From Microcystis aeruginosa NIES-843 (lineage in GTDB: Bacteria; Cyanobacteriota; Cyanobacteriia; Cyanobacteriales; Microcystaceae), in NCBI RefSeq assembly GCF_000010625.1, contig NC_010296.1:5790001-5822000 (forward strand): 32,000 bases of DNA. Direction: 5' to 3'. Every line of letters begins with the position of its first letter. Position 1 is the first letter of the stretch. A program made the translations under genes and the position numbers. Shown one piece after another: positions 26,529 to 32,000 of this stretch. The notes under the pieces are model-generated. The model saw only the letters and a program-made list of their open reading frames with translations. It ran no database searches and was not told the origin of the DNA.

Positions 26529-27815
26529 ATGCTAGTCGTAGAAGCCAAGTTAAAAAACGGGACACCAGAACAATACCAAAAACTTGATGAAGCTATTAGA
26601 ACTTCTCAGTTTGTGCGTAACTCTTGTGTTCGTTATTGGATGGACAATCAAGGGACAAACCGCAATGATCTCCAAAAACTTTGTGCGGTACTAGCTAACA
26701 ATAAAGAGACCCCTTGGGTTAATAAATTAAACTCACAAGCACGTCAATCGGCTGCTGATAGAGCCTGGCAATCAATTAGTAAGTTTTACCAGAATTGTCA
26801 TGCTAAGATACCGGGAAAAAAGGGGTTTCCTCGGTTCAAAAAGCATAGTCGTTCGGTTGAATACAAACTAACAGGCTACAAACTATCTGATGAGCGACGT
26901 CAAATTAAGTTTACTGACGGTTTTAAAGCAGGAGAATTTGATTTATGGTGTAGTCAAAAAACCTTAGTTTATTATTCAGAGCAACAGATTAAACGGGTAA
27001 GAGTTGTTAGACGTGCTGACGGTTATTATTGTCAGTTTTTGATTGACGTAGAACGGCAAGAATACCATAAACCAACGGGACAAATAACAGGAATTGACTT
27101 AGGGTTAAAAGAGTTTTATACCGACGCTCAAGGTAATACTGTAGAGAATCCACGTTATTTAAGCAAGTCAGAAAAACGACTTAAAAAAGCACAAAGGAGA
27201 TTATCAAAACGATTTCGTCAAGGAAAGAAACAGTCTAAAAACTATCACAAGCAACGGATAAAAGTAGCTAGGCTTCATCTTAAAGTATCAAGACAACGTA
27301 AAGACAAAGCAATTAAAGACGCTTTGGCGTTAGTCCAGTCTAATGATCTGGTAGTCTATGAAGCTTTAAAGGTAAGAAACTTAGTCAAAAACCGTAAGCT
27401 GTCTAAGTCGATTTCTGATGCTTCTTGGTATCAATTCACTGAATGGTTGAATTATTTTGCTAAGATTTATCGGATTGTCTGTGTTGCTGTTCCTCCCCAT
27501 TTTACTAGCCAAGATTGTTCAGTTTGTGGGACGAGAGTTCAAAAAACATTAAGCACTAGAACTCACCAATGTCCTAACTGTAAAACAATCTTAGATAGGG
27601 ATCATAATGCAGCAATAAATATTCTTAAAAAAGGGTTGAAATATTTGGGAAATTATCTCAACGGTACTGTTGGGCAAACAGAAACCGACCCAAACGCCTT
27701 GGGAGAGTCCGACCTCTGGGTTTTTAATGGAGACATTGAGAATCTAAGCTGTCTCGTTGAACAAGGAATTTCCGATAGTGATAGGTCAAGAATCCCCCGT
27801 CACAGCGTAGCTTGA
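26529..27815 (+). CDS. tnpB: RNA-guided endonuclease TnpB (a different clade from the copy at 9547-10734)
   Basis: 428 aa. RuvC motifs GIDLGLKEF, VYEALKVRNL and LDRDHNAAINI. Zn finger CSVCG...CPNCK. Confidence 0.9.
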   Translation: MLVVEAKLKNGTPEQYQKLDEAIRTSQFVRNSCVRYWMDNQGTNRNDLQKLCAVLANNKETPWVNKLNSQARQSAADRAWQSISKFYQNCHAKIPGKKGFPRFKKHSRSVEYKLTGYKLSDERRQIKFTDGFKAGEFDLWCSQKTLVYYSEQQIKRVRVVRRADGYYCQFLIDVERQEYHKPTGQITGIDLGLKEFYTDAQGNTVENPRYLSKSEKRLKKAQRRLSKRFRQGKKQSKNYHKQRIKVARLHLKVSRQRKDKAIKDALALVQSNDLVVYEALKVRNLVKNRKLSKSISDASWYQFTEWLNYFAKIYRIVCVAVPPHFTSQDCSVCGTRVQKTLSTRTHQCPNCKTILDRDHNAAINILKKGLKYLGNYLNGTVGQTETDPNALGESDLWVFNGDIENLSCLVEQGISDSDRSRIPRHSVA

Positions 27816-27832
27816 CGGTGGGAGTATGTCAA
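27640..27832 (+). ncRNA. predicted omega-RNA scaffold of TnpB element 2; 5' limit not determined
   Basis: It overlaps the tnpB 3' end. The terminal stem-loop plus GAGTATGTCAA is conserved, with compensatory stem changes relative to element 1. Confidence 0.4.
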
Positions 27833-27908
27833 TGAAGGTTCTTGTCATCCACTAATAGGTAGGTGAGAACACGAGGTAAACTATAAGCTGGGAGATTGTG
27901 GTGAAAAC

Positions 27909-28014
27909 TTAAGTAGTCGTGCAAAATTAATTTCCTAGTGAAGATAGGCAAGAGGCAAGAGGCAAGAGGCAAGAGGTGGTTAGATATGTGTAATTAATTT
28001 TGCTTAGGTACTTA
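27909..28014. repeat. ~106-bp MITE-like unit: imperfect ~28-bp inverted termini around (GGCAAGA)4
   Basis: Left arm AAGTAGTCGTGCAAAATTAATTTCCTAG; right arm TGTGTAATTAATTTTGCTTAGGTACTT (shared AATTAATTTTGC and TACTT in inverted orientation). GGCAAGA units at 27947, 27954, 27961 and 27968. Confidence 0.5.
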
Positions 28015-28220
28015 TGAAGTTGACTGTAACACTTGACCGTGACGAAGATGGAGTTTGGGTTGTAGAATGCCCCAGCATTCCGGGTTGTGTCAGCCAAGGT
28101 AAAACGAGAGCAGAAGCTCTTGAAAATATCAGAGATGCAATTATCGCCTGCCTTCAAGTTCGTGCAGAACGTGGGCTACCCCTAACGATTGAAACTCACC
28201 AAGTAGAGGTAATGGCATAA
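28014..28220 (+). CDS. hicB: HicB-family antitoxin (short form, no DNA-binding domain)
   Basis: 68 aa. LDRDEDGVWVVECPSIPGCVSQGKTRAEALENIRDAI is the UPF0150/HicB N-domain signature. Confidence 0.85.
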   Translation: MKLTVTLDRDEDGVWVVECPSIPGCVSQGKTRAEALENIRDAIIACLQVRAERGLPLTIETHQVEVMA

Positions 28221-28222
28221 TC

Positions 28223-28450
28223 ATGTCCTCTGCTCTTCCTGTTCTCAGCGGACGTGAGGTAGTCCGAGTATTTGAAACCTTCGGCTGGCAAGTTGCGCGT
28301 CAAAGTGTAAGCCATATTATCATGGTTAAGGAGGGCGAACAGGTAACACTCTCTGTTCCTGATCATCGTGAAGTGGCAAAGGGTACGCTTCGTAGTCTTA
28401 TTCGTACTGCTGGAATTACGGTACAAGAATTTGTTTCTGGCATGAGATGA
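28223..28450 (+). CDS. hicA: HicA-family mRNA interferase toxin
   Basis: 75 aa. LSGREVVRVFETFGWQVARQSVSHIIM...VPDHREVAKGTLRSLIRTAGI matches the HicA/YcfA pattern. Confidence 0.88.
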   Translation: MSSALPVLSGREVVRVFETFGWQVARQSVSHIIMVKEGEQVTLSVPDHREVAKGTLRSLIRTAGITVQEFVSGMR

Positions 28451-28708
28451 GCGATAAGAGAGGTCTAACAATTCGAGTGCAGCGGACGGACGAAGGCTGC
28501 TGATGCTCAGTTCAAGGTTGTCTGATGCCGCTGATTCGAGCCGTTACTTGTACTGAGCGCATTGGAAGTATCAGTTATCAGCTACTTGTTTTCCGAATTA
28601 ATTGGCCGTTTTTCAGTTTATTATCAACGTCCAATAGGATCAAAATCAGTCCCTTATGCACCCACAAAAATTATCGAGTATTCTGTTAACTGATCAAGGA
28701 GAAAGATT

Positions 28709-29242
28709 ATGGTAGCCACTCCAGTCAAAACCAAAACCACGGGACAATACTACGCCACCCGCATCGATTTAGCATTAGATATCCGCAAAGCTATTGTTGA
28801 AATCTTAAGCCAAACCCTTGCCGCTAGTTTAGACCTAAAAACTCAGGTTAAACAGGCCCACTGGAATGTAAAAGGTTTAAATTTCTACCAATTGCACAGC
28901 CTCTTCGACGAAATGGCCACGGAATTAGAAGGCTATGGGGACATGGTAGCAGAACGGATTACCGCTTTAGGTGGAACCGCTTTAGGAACAGCGCGCATCG
29001 CTGCCGCTAACTCGATTCTGCCGGAATATCCGGCTGATATCGTCGATGGTAGTGAACATATCGTTGCTTTAGCCGAACGTTATGCCTTATACGCCGCCCA
29101 TCTTCGTTCTGCTATTGATACTACTGGCAATCAAGGGGATGCCGACACAGCAGATCTCTATACGGAAATCTCCCGGGACATCGATAAACGTCTCTGGTTC
29201 CTAGAAGCGCATCTGATTAAATCGGAAGATGTTATCAGATAA
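28709..29242 (+). CDS. dps: DNA starvation/stationary-phase protection protein (Dps ferritin-like)
   Basis: 177 aa. HWNVKG...FxxLHxxFDE ferroxidase-site motifs. An AAGGAG SD lies upstream. Confidence 0.93.
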   Translation: MVATPVKTKTTGQYYATRIDLALDIRKAIVEILSQTLAASLDLKTQVKQAHWNVKGLNFYQLHSLFDEMATELEGYGDMVAERITALGGTALGTARIAAANSILPEYPADIVDGSEHIVALAERYALYAAHLRSAIDTTGNQGDADTADLYTEISRDIDKRLWFLEAHLIKSEDVIR

Positions 29243-29248
29243 ATTTGG

Positions 29249-29274
29249 GGTGTATTAACTTAGCTTAATACACC
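29249..29274. terminator. bidirectional hairpin between the convergent dps and pseudokinase genes
   Basis: Perfect 10-bp stem GGTGTATTAA-cttagc-TTAATACACC. It starts 7 nt after the dps stop and abuts the stop of the minus-strand gene. The U-tracts are weak. Confidence 0.5.
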
Positions 29275-30558
29275 TTAAATTCTCGTAATCGGTAAACGTA
29301 GCCAATCACTTAACTGTTGTGCCAACCAATCTAATTCCGCTTCGCTAACATCTTCACTGGCAGTGATAACATATTCTCGATGGTTGGCAACGAGAACCAG
29401 AGAAGGAGGAATAATATTAACATTTTCTCCCTGCATAGTGACGGTGACATTGCGACGAATGAGACTATAAATTTCGCAACTAGCAGCATGGGCAGTTAGT
29501 TTAAATTTCAGCCCCCAGAGTTTTTGGTAGAGAGAAACTTTTTTGGGGGTAATTTTTAACTCTAGTTCCCCCTGCCAAAAAGATTTCCATAACTGCCAAG
29601 ATAAACTAGAGGAGATTAAATTGAGCAGAAAAATTAGGATAATCGGGATTAAAAAAGCGACCAGTTTGAGATCATAAATACCGACTATGGTTAAGAGAAT
29701 GATCGTAAAAAATAGGGATGGTAAAAACTGTCTTAACTGGGTTTTGAGATTGTTGAAAAACTTTTGTTTGGTTTTACTAGCGATTTTTATTTGCAGGAGA
29801 TTATCTTTTTTATAAACAGTAACTTCGCTGCCGTAGGGTTTGGTCAGATTGCCAATAGATACTAAGATCAATTGACAACTATATAAGCTGGCTAAAGCTT
29901 CTGTCACCGAACGAAAATGAGGGTCTGGGGGGGAGTTTGATAATCTTTTTAACCAATAGATGAAAAAAGCACTTAGATTAGTTTTTTGCTCAAAGTTTTC
30001 GGGTATGTAACGATGCTTAATCCCCGTGGCTAAACTGATTAAAGTTTTGCCTATATCCTCTAAGTCGGTGGTGGGAGAATCGGAATCAAAGGCAAAATCA
30101 ACTAGATAAAAACGATGGGACTGGGTATCAAAGAGGATATTACTAAGTTTAATATTGCCGTGGTTAATGGGGACATCCTGCTGATGGAGATAGGAGAGAA
30201 TCTCCAAAAGATATTTGGCAATTTGTTTGAGATCTTGTTCTGCTAACAAATAACTGGAGTTAAGATAGTTTTCTAAAGGCTGCGCTGATAAATAAGGTCG
30301 GACAATAGCGATGATTTGTTCTTGGGATGAATCTATCTCAAAGCTATCGAGGTATTTGGGGAGAGATGGGTGGGAGAGTTGTCGCAATAGGGCAATTTTA
30401 CCGGTTATTTCTCCGATAAACTGACTACCTTGCCCACTAGGAACAGAAATAAGTTTAATGATAACTAACTGGGTGGTCTGTCTGTCCCTCGCTAAGATAG
30501 TTTTTTTTCCCAGCACCTGTTGGACTTGATAACGACTATGGAGAACTCGATCGAGCAT
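29275..30558 (-). CDS. membrane-anchored pseudokinase (degenerate Hanks-type kinase domain, 2 TM helices, uncharacterised C-terminal domain)
   Basis: Kinase-like N-terminus with VIIK and the alphaC Glu retained. The G-loop is deleted (LGKK-TILARD), HRD reads HGN (30154-30162) and DFG reads DFA. Two hydrophobic helices (LFFTIILLTIVGIY, LVAFLIPIILIFLLNLI) precede a ~100-aa C-terminal domain. Confidence 0.8.
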   Translation of the reverse strand: MLDRVLHSRYQVQQVLGKKTILARDRQTTQLVIIKLISVPSGQGSQFIGEITGKIALLRQLSHPSLPKYLDSFEIDSSQEQIIAIVRPYLSAQPLENYLNSSYLLAEQDLKQIAKYLLEILSYLHQQDVPINHGNIKLSNILFDTQSHRFYLVDFAFDSDSPTTDLEDIGKTLISLATGIKHRYIPENFEQKTNLSAFFIYWLKRLSNSPPDPHFRSVTEALASLYSCQLILVSIGNLTKPYGSEVTVYKKDNLLQIKIASKTKQKFFNNLKTQLRQFLPSLFFTIILLTIVGIYDLKLVAFLIPIILIFLLNLISSSLSWQLWKSFWQGELELKITPKKVSLYQKLWGLKFKLTAHAASCEIYSLIRRNVTVTMQGENVNIIPPSLVLVANHREYVITASEDVSEAELDWLAQQLSDWLRLPITRI

Positions 30559-30696
30559 GGGGGAGGATGGAGTAAGGAGTATTTCTAGGATAGCTCACTC
30601 TGGAAACTCTAGCCGCCATCTTTAGCATCCTTTTAATATTTTAACCCATATTCCCCACTTCAGTTTGAAGCATAAAAAACTACAGGTCTTTTCAAA

Positions 30697-31914
30697 AGAC
30701 CTCTTGCATAATTTTTTTATGGTATAATATAAGGTTTTGCTTTTTTCTCAATTCTTAGATTGAAGTGGAAAAAAGAATAAAATGTGATCTTAGGTCAGGA
30801 AATCATCTATAATTTTGCTATGTTTATTAGCAAAATTATGGATTATCAAAACTTATCAGATGAACAATTCAAACGCCGTTTCGGTGTGTATAAACAAACC
30901 TATAGAAAGATGGTAGAATCAGTAAAAAGTGTTGAAGCCGACTCTAATTCACCATCTAAAAGGGGACCGAAACCTAAACTATCTATAGAAGAACAAGTTT
31001 TAGTAACGTTAGAATATTGGCGAGAATATAGAACATATTTTCACATTGGTACAAGCTGGGAACTATCAGAATCAACTATATGTCGGATTGTAAATAAGAC
31101 GGAAAAAATGCTTTTACAATCGGGAAACTTCCGTTTAAAAGGAAAAAAAGCTTTACTCAATCAAGCAGAGATACCGGTCATAACGGTAATGGATGTAACG
31201 GAAACTCCCATTGAACGCCCCCAAAAGAAACAGAAAGATTTTTTGGGGGGTAAAAGAGGTTATCATACTTTAAAATCCCAATTAGTAGCTGATCAAAATA
31301 CCGAGGAAATTATCTGTGTCTTTTGTGGGAAAGGTAGAGGTCATGATTTTAGTTTATTTAAAAAAAGTCGAGTTCGTTTTCATCCTTTAACTACCAGCAT
31401 AGAAGACAGTGGTTATCAGGGAATAGCTGCATACCATAGTAATAGTTATACACCGAAAAAGAAATCGAAAAATAGAAAATTAACAGAGTTAGAAAAAGAG
31501 TATAACAAGGCTTTAGCCAAAGAAAGGATTATCATTGAACATATAAATAGGAAACTCAAAATCTTTAAAATCTTATCCTGTAAATATCGGAATCGTCGTC
31601 GAAGATATAGTTTAAGAGTTAACTTGTTGGCGGCTATTTATAACGGTGAGTTAGGGATAGGTATAGCAGCTTCTTAAAAGTTGCCTAAAGATTAATCAAG
31701 TCAAGGAGAATTTATTCTCAATTTTTATAATTGAGATAGTTTGTGCCGCTTAAATAAAGAGGTTTTGATAACCAAATTAAAGCATATCTAAAGAGTTTTG
31801 AGTTAAAAGTTAAACTTCAAGTTTTCATTCAGGACGAATGTACTGGTTAACTAATTTTTTGGGGAAAATTAGTTAACCCATCATTATAACATATAATTAA
31901 TTTGCAAGAGTTCT
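30697..31914 (+). mobile_element. IS5-family insertion sequence (~1.2 kb) with imperfect ~30-bp terminal inverted repeats
   Basis: Left end AGACCTCTTGCATAATTTTTTTATGGTATAAT aligns to the reverse complement of the right end, AGAACTCTTGCAAATTAATTATATGTTATAAT. It carries a single DDE ORF. I could not resolve a target-site duplication. Confidence 0.7.
30838..31677 (+). CDS. DDE transposase (DDE_Tnp_4 / PIF-HARBI1-like, IS5 family)
   Basis: N-terminal HTH (LVTLEYWREYRTYFHIG..STICRIV). Catalytic-motif contexts VMDVTETPIERP, GRGHDFSLF, DSGYQG and RIIIEHINRKLKIFKIL. Start set at the ATG at 30838 (MDYQNL). Confidence 0.88.
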   Translation: MDYQNLSDEQFKRRFGVYKQTYRKMVESVKSVEADSNSPSKRGPKPKLSIEEQVLVTLEYWREYRTYFHIGTSWELSESTICRIVNKTEKMLLQSGNFRLKGKKALLNQAEIPVITVMDVTETPIERPQKKQKDFLGGKRGYHTLKSQLVADQNTEEIICVFCGKGRGHDFSLFKKSRVRFHPLTTSIEDSGYQGIAAYHSNSYTPKKKSKNRKLTELEKEYNKALAKERIIIEHINRKLKIFKILSCKYRNRRRRYSLRVNLLAAIYNGELGIGIAAS

Positions 31915-31972
31915 AATAATGGTCAAGAGGGAAAATTTCAAAAACTTTGGCCGAAATAATCCCGTTTATAGT

Positions 31973-32000
31973 TAAGTACCTAAGCAAAATTAATTACACA
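31973..32000 (-). repeat. 28-bp copy (inverted) of the sequence immediately upstream of hicB; runs into the window edge
   Basis: The reverse complement of 31973-32000 equals 27987-28014 (TGTGTAATTAATTTTGCTTAGGTACTTA). Confidence 0.8.

Larger units (their letters stand above)
26363..27832 (+). mobile_element. second non-autonomous IS200/IS605-family element (tnpB only); the left boundary is approximate
   Basis: Left-end compound hairpin GTCGGAT..CCCCCGC-N28-GCGGGGG..ATCCGAC (26373-26438). Right-end hairpin CCGTCA-N10-TGACGG followed by GGGAGTATGTCAA, ending at 27832. Confidence 0.55.

Noticed and set aside
27927-28471. Minus-strand ORFs 27927-28157 and 28196-28471.
   Set aside because: They overlap the clearly recognisable hicB and hicA genes on the plus strand and have no motifs.
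28500-28560. tRNA-like fragments (GCTCAGTTCAAGG resembles a D-arm; GATTCGAGCC resembles a T-arm).
   Set aside because: No acceptor stem, no anticodon arm and wrong spacing, so a cloverleaf cannot be drawn.
28620-28675. Fur/PerR-type iron box upstream of dps.
   Set aside because: Only two isolated ATTATC hexamers 50 bp apart (28620-28625 and 28670-28675). There is no 19-bp palindrome or 7-1-7 box.

Overview
This 32-kb chromosomal window looks like a unicellular, Microcystis-like cyanobacterium. The taxon is an inference from HIP1 GCGATCGC palindromes, 7-8-nt tandem repeats in almost every spacer, and a very high toxin-antitoxin and IS load. The backbone is housekeeping: valS (3' end) convergent with icd; dxs-larB-rnj-dapA-asd on the minus strand, divergent from tig-clpP-clpX on the plus strand; an alpha/beta hydrolase; uppP; a Prx5-Grx hybrid peroxiredoxin; and dps. 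AT-richer accessory islets lacking HIP1 are wedged between these blocks. (i) 2.3-10.8 kb holds a dispersed repeat, a GT-C-like polytopic membrane protein, a TetR regulator, a Zn-ribbon/Hanks-kinase/TM/7xWD40 protein, a 182-bp MITE, higBA, vapBC and a tnpA-less TnpB element. (ii) 22.26-22.77 kb holds a DUF104-like antitoxin plus a MazF/PemK toxin directly behind clpX. (iii) 25.9-32 kb holds an orphan ORF, a second TnpB element, hicBA, a degenerate membrane-anchored pseudokinase and an IS5-family IS. I found no rRNA, tRNA or CRISPR array. The items most worth follow-up are these. First, the WD40 kinase has seven 126-bp cassettes that are homogenised even at synonymous sites but differ at about 6 codons per unit, on a propeller predicted to lie outside the membrane. 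Second, two divergent, apparently intact TnpB nucleases share a covarying right-end hairpin followed by GAG-N-ATGTCAA, the predicted omega-RNA 3' scaffold. Third, the TM-anchored pseudokinase reads HGN/DFA with a deleted G-loop. Fourth, (CTGATAA)n arrays abut start codons. Fifth, several MITE-like repeat families are present, including a 210-240-bp inverted pair that brackets 21 kb. All functional calls come from motif recognition by eye; no database search was possible.
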